A DNA stretch of 64,000 nt from the NCBI GenBank assembly GCA_028534125.1, contig CM052817.1, positions 98,210,001 through 98,274,000 of the forward strand, read 5' to 3'. The notes under the pieces were generated by a model. It was not told where the DNA came from. It saw only the letters and a list, made by a program, of their open reading frames with translations, and made no database searches. The stretch comes from Lama glama (lineage: Eukaryota). Both the position numbers and the translations under genes were made by a program. This document shows, piece by piece, positions 37,712 to 49,421 of this stretch (its first letter is position 1; the number at the start of each line of letters is the position of its first letter).

Positions 37712-38121
37712 CTAAAGGGAAGAAGATGTAACAATTGTAAAATTATATGCAACCAACACAGGAGAACCTCAATATATAAGGCAACTGTTGACAGACATAA
37801 AAGGAGAAATTGACAGTAACACAATAATAATGGGGGGCATTAACACCCCACTTACATCAACGGACAGATCATCCAAACAGAAACTCAATAAGGAAACACA
37901 GGTCTTAAATGACACATTAAGCCAGATGGACTTAATTGATATTTAAAGAGCATTCCATCTGAAAGCAGCAGAATACACATTCTTCTCAAGTGCACATGGA
38001 ACATTCTCCAGAATAGATCACATGCTGGCCCACAAGGCAAGCCTTGGTAAATTTAAGAAAAGTGAAATCATAACAAGCATCTTTTCTGATCACGACGCTA
38101 TGAGGTTAGTAATCAACTACA
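37712..38121 (+). mobile_element. Internal L1 ORF2 endonuclease-domain fragment, no 3'UTR or poly(A), flanked by a 15-bp direct repeat
   Basis: Translates EEDVTIVKLYATNTGEPQYIRQLLTDIKGEIDSNTII...YTFFSSAHGTFSRIDHMLAHK...IFSDHDAMRL with one frameshift and one stop. tgaaaataatcacct occurs at 37697-37711 and 38122-38136. Confidence 0.9.
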
Positions 38122-39229
38122 TGAAAATAATCACCTAATTTCTGACGCTTATCAATTTTGAAACAAGGGGAAATTATAAATAGCTAGTAAATATTCTATT
38201 CTAGATTTTTTTAAATGATCAGCTCTCTCTTTTGCAATCTGTAAAAAAAAAAAGAAAACATATAGCTATTTAATAAACATAGCTATTTAAAAAGAAGTAA
38301 ATAATTTTGTGACATTCCATATATGCACTGCCCTCAAGCAGAAAAATCTTAGAACAAAGAAGACAACTGTATTTCAAGAAAGAGGTTTTAAAATGCAAAA
38401 CTATAGCAATATTTTCTAAAGGAAAACTTCTACTTGAAAGAGTATGGTTTTGCTTAGAATGTGCAACATTTGGGGGATTCAAGAAACCAGAATCTGAAGA
38501 ACTTAGCACATGGAGCCATATGGCAAGGAAAATTGTGTGATGACAGGAGAACCCTTTCCAACTTAACAGAATTTGACTAACAGACTGATGGAGGAATGAA
38601 AGAGGAAATAGTGATGAACTCTTGAAAAAGGGCCAGTCACTCTATGCCCTTGTATCTTGCCCTGGGGGAGCAGAAAATGGGAAGCCTCAACGATAAAAAG
38701 CACATTTAGTTTGCAGAACAATCTGGGAGTTTGTTGAAGGGAGCTGTAAACTGCTTAGGAATCACCGTGTGACCAAAATGGTGCTTTAGCAATAGCTGTG
38801 GGTGGTCCTAGGTGGTGGCTCTGCAGCCTTTCAGAACAAACTGCAGCCCAATGTGATGTGAAGAGCGCAACTGAGATTCAGAGCATCCCAAGGGAGCATG
38901 GGAATTCTGAGAAGGCTCTCTGACCTAACAATGCCTAAGGTCAGGATAGGGAGCAAACTAAGTTTATGACCTTCACTACTGGGGCTACAGCAGACATTAA
39001 GACTAGAGGCTAGTGAATGGCTCCCAAGGCCCAGGTGGCAAGATTTACACCACAGGTGGTCAGCAAGGAGAAGAGATCACATTGAGGATGCCTCTCATGA
39101 GATGAAAGAAAATTAGAGAGCAGGCCTGTTATAAATGGGCTCCTGGCACAAAGTAAGTAACAATAAAGGACAAAATTAGGTGGCATATATAAACAATAAG
39201 AATAGCATAAAAACACAAAGATAGAAAAG

Positions 39230-40250
39230 TAGCTTATAGAATACTGATATGAAAGAAGTCCGTCTAGTTACTAATAGGTAAATATTTGACTTGACTAAAT
39301 ACTGTACAATCAGGAAATACAAGTTTTGTCAAAAATCAGTGAAAGGGATCGAGGGAAAAAAGGAGCTTATCTAAGTAACTTTGGAAAACAGTGTTTTGAC
39401 TGAAAACTGGAGGCTAAAGACAAATTGCAAATAGATAGAAACAGAAGGATAGATATGGTAGTAATTATAACTGTGTGTACAAACAGGAGTTTGTGTTCAT
39501 ACATGTATTTCCTAGATCTGTCCACTGAGAGAAACTGGAAACACTGATACCTCAGGAGCAAAGAGCACATCTAGTGTCCAGATTTTTGTTTCTAAAGACT
39601 ATTCTCCAACAAAAGGAACCAAGACTCCTCAGAGAAATGGACTAGGACCAACAGTTCTAGGACTAGGGCAGATAATACAAGATGAGTCTGCAGAATACTG
39701 TAGTGACAAAAGAAGCATTCAAAAAACAAAAGGATAGAGAAACATCAGTTAAAGAGACAGGAGCCACCATGAAAAAGCTCCCAAAGTCTACTGCTGGAAC
39801 AATCTGAGTAACAACAACAACAACAAAATAATGTAGTATTAGATTATAACTCACAGCATGAAAGAAATATACATGAGTACATACTGATATAAACAAATGA
39901 CTGATAAACAAAAAGGGGGGAAACATCTAAGAATTCTTAATAATTTATGTCACTGCTTCCACCTCCAGGAAAAAAAGCCTAATTCCTCCATTCCTCCCAA
40001 CCCCCTTTCCCATACAGGATTTAGTTATGTGCTTTCAAAAAAATAGACTGCAGAAGGTGGGTGGGAGGAAAGTTACTTTACGGCGAGTGGAGAAACCTGA
40101 CAAACACTACCTTGGTCAGGTCATTAACGTTAATATCACAGAGGATAAATCATATTGATAGCATGTTCCTGCTGATATGATGTGACAAGAAGGGCACTTC
40201 GCCTTTGTGACATTCTTTCAAAAATGTATACCTTCAGCATTCTAATATAA
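39230..40250 (+). mobile_element. L1MC/L1MD-type long 3'UTR fragment
   Basis: gagcacatctagtgtccagatt...aaaaggaaccaagactcctcagagaaatgg...gtggagaaacctgacaaacactacctt. Confidence 0.75.
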
Positions 40251-40261
40251 TATAACCTCAG

Positions 40262-40420
40262 CAATAATAACAATGTGAGTAACAGCTGCCACTTAACCCG
40301 CACTTGCTCTGTGTCAGGCACTGTGCTGAGTGCTTTATTTATCTCACTTTCTCTTTCTACCAATACCTGATGCTACCGTTATTATTATTATTATAAGAAA
40401 CTAAGACTCATTTCAGTGAC
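40262..40420 (-). mobile_element. MIR SINE
   Basis: acagctgccactta...gcacttgctctgtgtcaggcactgtgctgagtgcttta. Confidence 0.65.
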
Positions 40421-40679
40421 ATGTTTCATTGGGCTGTAAGTAATTGTTGATCCACAGATGGATTACAGAACCTTTTATAATAACTCATTGGAAACCACGG
40501 CACTATTTATATCACTCATTTTTAAAGCAGGTCAAAATTACATTATATTATTGTTTGTCTTTTTGTATGTCCTGTATCTTCAAAATATCAGTTAATTCAC
40601 TTCTTTCTCTCACTGCACTGTCTCTATGAGAGTGTCTTACAGATAAATGAGGATTCAATAAATAATTTTGATGATGCTT

Positions 40680-41730
40680 ATTTTTGTTTTATAAAAATTA
40701 TATCATATTATGCATATTTTTCTTTCTTCACTCAAAAATTATTCATGGAAATTCCTTCAAGCTAACTAGCATAGCTCTAATTCATTATTTTAAGTGGTAC
40801 ATAGTATTTTGTGGCATGAATAGACCATAATATTCCACTACTGATTAACATTTACTTTGTTCCTCAGCTTTTCCAAATAAGAATAATGCTAAAATAAGCG
40901 TTTTGTGTTTATTAGGTAGTGCTTTTATTTCCATGTGACAGATTCCCAAGATGGAGTACAGAGTGAAATGTATACACATCTTAATGTTAATTGATATTAT
41001 CAAGGTGTTTTCTAAAACACTATACAATTCATATTTTTACCAGCAATGTGTAACAGTACTTCTTTGCTCATATTCCAGCCAGCAACTGAAGTTATTGTTT
41101 TGGTTTGGTTTGGTTTGAGCCAATCTAAAAGCTGTTAATCCATTGAGTTTTCTCACCTGTTAGTAACTTTGAGCATCACTGCATGTATTCAACTGCTGCT
41201 GGATTTTTGTTTTGCCAGTGGTTACTCACATCTCTTGTCTATTTTGTTATGATTGTCCCCTTGTTCTCAATTTTAAATAGCTCATTGTCTTAAACCTCTG
41301 TCTTCTAAAATACAATTCCACACCAAATCAAATTTTTAAATAAATTTTCTTATGGTCTTTTTCCATAGAAAAGTTTTGAAATTTTTATATATAGCCAGGG
41401 TCATTTTTCTCTTTTTTTGTATTCTTTATTGAATACTATCTTTCCTGCTCCTACCTTAAATATGTTGTCTTCTAGATTTCCTCTCAGATTTATGTATTTA
41501 TTTACTTACTTATATATTTATTTACTTAGATGTTGTTCAAGTTTTCTCAATTGCCTCTTTTAGTATCTATTGATATTATATGTTTTTCTCCTTACAAGTG
41601 TTGATGTAATAAACTATGGGAATAGAGTTCTTAATTGTTAATACAGTATCATCCTTCTGTTGGGAACAGAATGTGTCTTGACCTTAGTGTAGTGTCCTTT
41701 AATAGATGGCTGGGACAACTTACTTGTCAC
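40680..41730 (-). mobile_element. Ancient L1ME fragments
   Basis: T-rich antisense ORF2 and 3'UTR remnants (taccagcaatgtgtaacagtac...tttgagcatc). Confidence 0.55.
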
Positions 41731-42604
41731 CAAGTACTCCACACTCATGACTACTAAGACAAAGAATGGCAACCACTTCCACCTTGTCAGAAACCTTTCT
41801 GGATCTTTCAGACCCAATCCCAAGAAACTGACTCTCAGTAAGAGCCCTTCAGCCAGGTTTATACAAAAGTGGCTGGGACTGCTTCCATGACCTGGCTCTC
41901 ATTCTCTGCCCAGTGTTTAAACAATGAGGCTTTGAAGCAAAGACATTAGAGATGAAAATAAAAGAGCAATTTTAGAGTTCTCAAATGGAGATTCTTCATC
42001 ATATTTCTTTAAGGAGGTGATAGAAAATGGCAAAGTAATACAAGCAGAAGACTGGAATCTGTAAAATGCACAAATAAGAAATTTTGCTGAGCTGATGCAT
42101 ATCCTAATATTCCAAACAAATATACGAGATTAACATAAGGAGGAGAACCATTTAGGAAACACATTTCAAATGCGAGAAAAAATGTGTACAAGTGCTTTTT
42201 ACCCCAGATGTTCTCCATAACTTAGCACATCCCTTGGCCTCCCTTGGCTTTCTGTCTTCTTGCATAAAGTGAAAGTGGTACAGTATTACTACAATAATCC
42301 ACTAGGAAATGCTCAAACAAGTGCTGCATTATTCATTTTCGTCTGTATTAGGACAACAGCAGGGTGAAGATTCAGATGGCCAAATTGCCTCTGAGAAGAA
42401 ACAGTCACAAGAAAAAGTGTTCCGATATATGTGCACAACAGAAAAGAGCAAAGACGCATCAAAGCATCTGTGTTATAACCTATTGAGCTTTAATTGAAAT
42501 CCAATTGATCTTAATAGGATTTAGATAAGGACACTTAACAGACAAAATCTGCAAAGCAGGATGGTCAATATCTCACCAGGAAGCGATAAAAATTCTTGTG
42601 ACAA

Positions 42605-42845
42605 GTTTGGCACAAAGCTAACTTTGGAATTAGAAAGACCAGAATTCAAATACCAGCACTTCTAACTTAGCATCTCTGTGATTTTAGGAAAGATGAGCTT
42701 GCCTTTCTTCAACTGTAAAATGAAGATAATAACAGTACATACCTAAAAGGATTAGTATAGAAATTCAATGAGAAAAACCAGATAAAGCACTTGACTTAGA
42801 TTTGAATGCATCATAATTTCTTAAAAATTTCAGCTGTTATTATTG
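42605..42845 (+). mobile_element. MIR SINE
   Basis: ctttggaattagaaagaccagaattcaaatacca...ctgtaaaatgaagataataacagtac. Confidence 0.75.
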
Positions 42846-42969
42846 CCCCCCTCTTCTTTTATGTCATCCTCCACTGAGATGGGGATTAGTTTATCACCAT
42901 CTGCCCCATTACATACTTATTTATTTATTAGGTATATTGAATTTTTAAAAAAATACTGTCCTTGTTACA

Positions 42970-44670
42970 TAAGCGCAACTTCCAGATGAGCAAACCACCT
43001 CTTCCATGGACTGCCAGATGGTTCCCTCTAACCTTTTCATATGTAGAGATTCTCTAGGTACCACTGACATGCCTACATTCTGATGTGAAGAACACTGGAA
43101 TGTATAATTCTTCCTCCATCCTGATTGATTTTCAACACATAATACTAGCTCCTCTGCCCATACCCCCAGTTAAACTCTGAGGAATATAAATTCTTCATTC
43201 TGTTCGATCTTCTTAGATAAAACTATCTGATATATCCCAGAGATCTACCAACACACAGCCCAGTTTCCTGCCCTTCTACCTTTCCCTTCTTTTATGACCA
43301 TGACTCTAGAAATATTGTAAGACTCAGGCTGGTAGAATCCCACTAGTTTCCTTCTCACAGACCTTGCATCAAGGCAATGACAAATTCTGAGTAAGCATAT
43401 TTATTAAGGTATTTAATGCCTTTCCATACAGGATCCACAACTGTGGAAAGGCTTATAACAGGATATGGCCATAGTGTAAATATTCTCAGTTATACTTTAC
43501 GACTAGATGTCACTCTGTCATATCAAAGCAAATTTGGGGCAACTTCTTACTACCAAAGCGCAATGCAGTAGGCACTTGTCCTGTGCCTGAGAGGCATCTA
43601 ACAATAACATGACTTTGCCACACTAGAATCAAATGACAAAGATTAATCTCTAATGTAAGACTGAGTCTGGCTCTGACAGGGACAGGAAAACCTGTTTATC
43701 TCCACCAAAAGGACTTCATTTAATAGGTACCCACCTCCAATGTGCTGAAGCATACCTGCAGTGTTTTTGTCTCCAAGAGTATCCAGTTTTCCAAGCTCCA
43801 TCATTCTAGAGTCTGATGGAATCACGTTTTACCCCCTCAGAATATGTTGGCACTATGGTGGCAGACTGTGGTGTCACTAGCAAGAACTCAGAAGGGCTTC
43901 CGATTTTGTTATGAAAACCAGGGTTAGTCAGTACATCTTTACCATGTAAAGCTCCTATGCAAACATGATCCAATTTTTCCTGATTCTCCAAGATTCTTTC
44001 TACTATTGCTGACAGGTCACGGACGTTAATTTTCAGTCTGAAAATCCAGCATTTTTCTTCTTCTCAAAGATGCATAGGAACTGAACAGATAAACTCCAGC
44101 AACCATTTCTCAGTAAGTCCACCCAGAAACATTTTTGTGGAGCTGAGTCCATGGAAAAACCCCTGTTCTTAAGCATTCTAGAGCACACTTAGCATTTTCT
44201 GCTTACAAAGAAGCCAATCCCTCAGAGATTTAGTGGCATGTTCTTAACATGATCAAGTCCTTTTTCTCCATTTGATGTTTCTTATGAATTTCTCAAGTTT
44301 TAAAAAAATTATTGTAATTAGTCTGAACCAAGGAAAAATTTTACTCAGTTTCAAGTTCCACAGCAGTGGACACAGTCTCACATTCTCAAAGGTCCAAGTT
44401 TATCTTACATGAACATCCTCTGAACAGAATTTCAAACTCTTCAGAAAGTTAGTCTCCATTAAGACTTGATTAAAACTCATGTCCAACTGGAAATTTAATA
44501 AAGTACTTCTTTAGACTTCCTCAATTTAGTAAATTTATATGGTACTGCATAGGTCTGCATCTCCTTCTGGCATATCTTGCTTTAAGCAGGGCATTCTAAA
44601 CACAACTGTCATTATTTAGCACAAGTTCAGTTTTGTTGATGCCTCTCTCCTTCACAGCATCCTTTGACCA
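42970..44670 (-). mobile_element. Highly diverged CR1/L3-type LINE RT remnant
   Basis: Minus-strand motifs appear in CR1 order: ..IFEK, then N*RP(fs)DLSAIVERILE (~NYRPVSLTSIPGKILE, about 44031-43985), then LHGKDVLTNPGFHNK (~SQHGF), then MELGKLDTLGDK (~ADDTKLGG..TLEDR), then an L3-like 3' end. Aligned by eye. Confidence 0.55.
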
Positions 44671-45339
44671 GAAAAAAAAAAATGGTGAAATGTACTCCTG
44701 GCTCCAGTACAGAATAAATTTAATGCTGAATACAGCAAATTGGGTTTAAAATTCTTGGTTGTAGATCCTGTAATGCTACCCAAATGTAATTCAGGGGTTT
44801 ATGTGACCACATTTATGGTATAATCTAAGGTAAGGATAAAGAATTCTAACTTTTACTCACTATAAGAAAATGCCTAAAATGTAGCTTCCTAAAAATTCTT
44901 TTAAAGTACTCCTTAGACAGCTTTTCAATAGTCAATATTTTTACATATCCATCCAAGCTCCCTTTAAAACTATTAGCTGTTTCTCTACTCATCATTGTTC
45001 TTCAACATCAATCCTATGAATTGTTTTGGTCAGTATCCTCAAAATTTAACCACTCTTGGCAGCTGTCAAAAAAAAATTCTATTTTTTTACTCTCTCTTTC
45101 ATCCAAATATCAAGAAGTAGCCCCAGCCTTCCCTAATCCCTTCGTCTGTTCCCACACTGTTAATACGCATAGTCTCCTGAAACGCTGCCCTCACCTTGCA
45201 CGTCTACCTCTGTAAGGCATCTCTCTGGAAAGACGTTTTTCTTCTACTGTGACTGGTTTTTAGGTGAGACTCAGTCTATTCCCACACCTCCCCCCCCCCC
45301 GCCTCCTTGAATTCTGGAGCATGAAATTCTCTAACATTC

Positions 45340-47265
45340 TAACTACTAATGTTGTAACGGTTGTATAGGTAAGGAAACTCAGTATAGGAGGGGCTAAGTA
45401 ACTTGTCTAAGTAAGTGGGAGACTATGAATGAAAACCCAAGTCAGCATTACTCCAGAGTTTGAGTCAAGCAGGCAGCATGGCATGATGGTTACAAAGACC
45501 ATCTCCAGGCCATACTGTCTGGGTTTAAATCACCACAGTGCTGCTTACCATCTGTGTGCCTTAAACAATTCCTCTATGCTTCAGTTTCTACATTTGTAAA
45601 ACAGGGGATTATGACTGCATTGCTCCCTATTCTTGTGAGGATTAAATGAGTTAATACATTAGCAAAATACACACAGTAAAACTGCTTAATCAATCATTAA
45701 TTGTTACACTGTATTATCTTTCAAATTCAAAACATATTTTTTAAAAATAAATTTAAATTTATTAAAGTAATATGGAATACTAATCTCCAACTCAAGTTAT
45801 AAATATGGAAATAACTTGGCTTATTTAACAAAGGAATAATTCACTGACCTGTCTATGTCAGATGCTTTATTAGTCGAACCCTCAATCAGAGTTTAAAATA
45901 TGAAGCAGGAACTTGATGAGGAAGAGGAGGATAATGACAATAATTGCTCACATTTATTGAGACCTATGTGTACGTGGTACTTATTTGATGCAGTGATAAG
46001 TACTTTAGTCACCCCTGTTTACAAATGGGGAAACTGAAGCTAACAGGTTAAGTAACTTGCTCAAGATTAAGGAGGCATTAAATGCCAAAGCTTAGGTTTC
46101 AACACACTGGGGTGCTTACAAAGCCTACAGAGCCTACAGCTGACAAGACATAACTGGACATATTTTCAGATAAATATGTTTCAATTATTTATGAGTCTAG
46201 TTGTTATTTCTTCAGTTTATTTTTCATTGCATTTACATTTGACTGTGTAATCTAAAGTTGTGCTTTGGTCAAAGGCTCATAGTAGCTGCTACTGATAATA
46301 AGTTTTAGGTACAAAAAATAATCATTTAATATAAAATGTTCACTGAATCTTAGAATAAAAAGAACTCCAGGGCTGTGCCTGTTAAATCTATGGACATGCA
46401 GACAAATAAACTAAAATATAATTTTCCCAAGAATCCTGTGAGATAGCCTCATATTAAAATGGAGAAGCCTATAGCCCAAAAAGGTTAGGAGCAAGTCTAG
46501 AGTCAGTAAGTAAGTGGCAGAATGAGGATTTGTAGCAAGTTACTTTTCCTGATCTCAAAGCAATTCCCACGAAACTGATCAGTCTTCAAAAGTGAGCATT
46601 ATTTCTTAAGTTTGCCAGTTATAACTTTAAATTTTTTCTTATTAAACCTAACTTTAATAAAATAGATATGTAATCATACTCTCAAATGCATCTTTTAATT
46701 CTAGTGGCATTATTTTCTGGTTTTCAAAGACGAAATTAGTGGTGTTCCTAGAATTTGTATCATTTGGCATCTACTGTATTAGTAGTAAAGATTTTACATA
46801 TAATATCCATCATATCATATCTAGATAGCACAAGAGCATTGTGTACCAGTCTAGACATTTTCATGCCTGAGAATTTATAATGCAGTCTGTGTGTCTGTAA
46901 GATATAATACACCACAATCTCAATTTTACACATGAGGAAACTGAGGCACAGGTATTTTGAATAAATTTCCTATAGTCACAACATTAGCAAATTCATAACT
47001 GGACTTCAAACCCAGGCGGAGTTGGTGAGGTGCCTGACTCCAGTATAAAACACCAATAGCAGCAGCAGTAACAGCGATGAATCAGACTCAAGGCAAGCAC
47101 TTTCATGTATTTTCTCAATATTGTTGATACCAACGCTATGAGATGTTACTATTGTAACTCTCGTTTTATAGATGACAAAACCATGGTTCGCAGAAGTTAA
47201 ATAACTTGTACAATATCACATACTTAATGAATGGCAAGATCAGGATTAGAATATAGTCAACAGAC
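45340..47265. mobile_element. Cluster of about six MIR fragments (45340-45460 -, 45468-45705 +, 45930-46110 -, 46425-46555 -, 46915-47020 -, 47060-47265 -)
   Basis: Repeated MIR core motifs (gaggaaactgaggcacag, gttaagtaacttg, tcagtttctacatttgtaaaa, gtgaggattaaatgagttaataca). Confidence 0.75.
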
Positions 47266-47287
47266 TTCTTTCTTTTGCCTTTTGCCT

Positions 47288-47787
47288 NNNNNNNNNNNNN
47301 NNNNNNNNNNNNNNNNNNNNNNNNNNNNNNNNNNNNNNNNNNNNNNNNNNNNNNNNNNNNNNNNNNNNNNNNNNNNNNNNNNNNNNNNNNNNNNNNNNNN
47401 NNNNNNNNNNNNNNNNNNNNNNNNNNNNNNNNNNNNNNNNNNNNNNNNNNNNNNNNNNNNNNNNNNNNNNNNNNNNNNNNNNNNNNNNNNNNNNNNNNNN
47501 NNNNNNNNNNNNNNNNNNNNNNNNNNNNNNNNNNNNNNNNNNNNNNNNNNNNNNNNNNNNNNNNNNNNNNNNNNNNNNNNNNNNNNNNNNNNNNNNNNNN
47601 NNNNNNNNNNNNNNNNNNNNNNNNNNNNNNNNNNNNNNNNNNNNNNNNNNNNNNNNNNNNNNNNNNNNNNNNNNNNNNNNNNNNNNNNNNNNNNNNNNNN
47701 NNNNNNNNNNNNNNNNNNNNNNNNNNNNNNNNNNNNNNNNNNNNNNNNNNNNNNNNNNNNNNNNNNNNNNNNNNNNNNNNNNNNNNN
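47288..47787. other. Assembly gap (500 N)
   Basis: Run of N; probably covers the 3' end of the adjacent L1. Confidence 1.
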
Positions 47788-48000
47788 ATATGGTATTTTT
47801 CTTTCTCTTTATGGCTTACTTCACTTAGAATGACATTCTCCAGGAGCATCCATGTTGCTGCAAATGGCATTATGTTGTCGGTTTTTATGGCTGGGTAGTA
47901 TTTCATTGTATAAATATGCCACATCTTCTTTATCCAGTCACCTGTTGATGGACATTTAGGCTGTTTCCATGTTTTGGCTATTGTAAATAGTGCTGCTATT
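47788..48000 (-). mobile_element. Young 5'-truncated L1, ORF2 C-terminus running into the gap
   Basis: Uninterrupted IAALFTIAKTWKQPKCPSTGDWIKKMWHIYTMKYYPAIK...PFAATWMLLENVILSEVSHKEKEKYH. Confidence 0.9.
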
Positions 48001-49029
48001 GAATATTTTTTAAAAATCAAGACACAAAAAAGCACAAAAAGTGATGACAACTTAGATCCCATTAAAATTGGAAGAAATGTGCTTCCTCAACAGGTGCAGG
48101 GAAAAAGGTGACGAGCAGGCCACAGTCTGGAAGACAAGGAGTGTGATACACTGACGTCGCTAAGGAGTAACCAGAGAATTAGAAAGTGTGGAGTCCGACC
48201 TCTTTAAGAGGACAGTCTGTTCCCCGGAATAGCTGTTCACCAGGTGGGAGCTGCTTTAGGGGAGAAGAGGAGGGGCTGCTGGTTCAGACCTTCAAAGTTT
48301 ACAGTAGCAAGAAAGCAGATGAAAGTTCAGGGCCTGCAGAGGGTCCCAGTGATAAGGCTTTGAGCAGCAGCTGAGCTGGCCCGGGAGGGAGGGAGCTGGG
48401 CCCCAAGGGCGTCCAGAAACCCCCTCTCAGGGAAGCCAAGCCTGGAGACCCCCTTCCGGGAAGGGGGAGTTTTGGATGAGCAGAACAGTAAGTCTTCCTG
48501 GAACATAGTTTTGGCTCGGGACTCTGTATTTCTTCCATCCCTTTGCCTCGAAGAGTATTAGATTGCTTTCCGGCTGGGACTGTGGTGGCTCTGTAGGACG
48601 CGGAGACATAGTCTTGAGAGACGTAGAGGGTGCAAAATTCAGGCGATTATGATTGTCAGTCTGTGAGAAATTGGCAATTGTTCCACCAGCTGGCCGAGCT
48701 GACTGTAGTCTTGATTGCATGCTCTGTGCGCTATAAAGTTAAAACTTAAGATCCACAAGGCAAGTTCACAAATAACAAGTTAAAAATAAAGCCAGACAAA
48801 TTTCTTTTATGATTTAGAGACGACTGGAGAGCCAGATACCTGTTGGCCTCGCTTGTCATGAGGTTGCCCAGGCCGGGCTGCTTCAGGGGCTGTGGTCGTT
48901 CCTTGGTCCCCAGGCTCCCGCTGAGGACAGGGCATTGATAGTGCTCATTACAGTCAAGCCAGATCAGGTGTAGCTGCACTTTCTTGAGATTTGGAAGGCA
49001 AAAATGATGTGGAGATCATTTTTCTACTC

Positions 49030-49421
49030 ATTTTTTTTTTCCTTTCTGCTAGCAGATAAGGTCAAGGAAAGGCAAGTGTGTCCTGCTCCAGTGTTCCAAG
49101 GACTCTCACCTGGACTCCTGGGTGACAGAAGTTTTTGCAGCAGTAGCAACAATAACAATATCCTCACATCCTGAATTCTGGATCAGTTACTGGAGTGTAT
49201 TCTTGCATTCATAGCTGCAGTGGCAGCCACCAAGATGGCAGCTTCCCTGGGGGGTCAGGCCTTCATTGCTCTGAGAGTCATTCCTGGAAGCCCAAACTAG
49301 AAACCACCCCTTCACCATCCAACTTTTTTTTTTTACAGTATTAATGTAATGTATCAAATCCATTTCTTCTTAACATTTCTAGTGCGCTTTTCATTTCCGG
49401 TGCTGAGCCTTGACTGATAAA
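49030..49421 (+). mobile_element. ERVL LTR (LTR33-like)
   Basis: gagagtcattcctggaagccca...tatcaaatccatttcttcttaa...ctgagccttgactgata matches the recalled LTR33 3' end. Confidence 0.55.

Noticed and set aside
47166..48062. 298-aa, 200-aa and 207-aa ORFs
   Set aside because: They span the second gap; the only real peptide is the L1 ORF2 C-terminus, not a host gene.
49221..49245. CTCF/YY1-like ccaccaagatggcagc
   Set aside because: Spacing is one base off the CTCF consensus and the site lies in an LTR33-like repeat.
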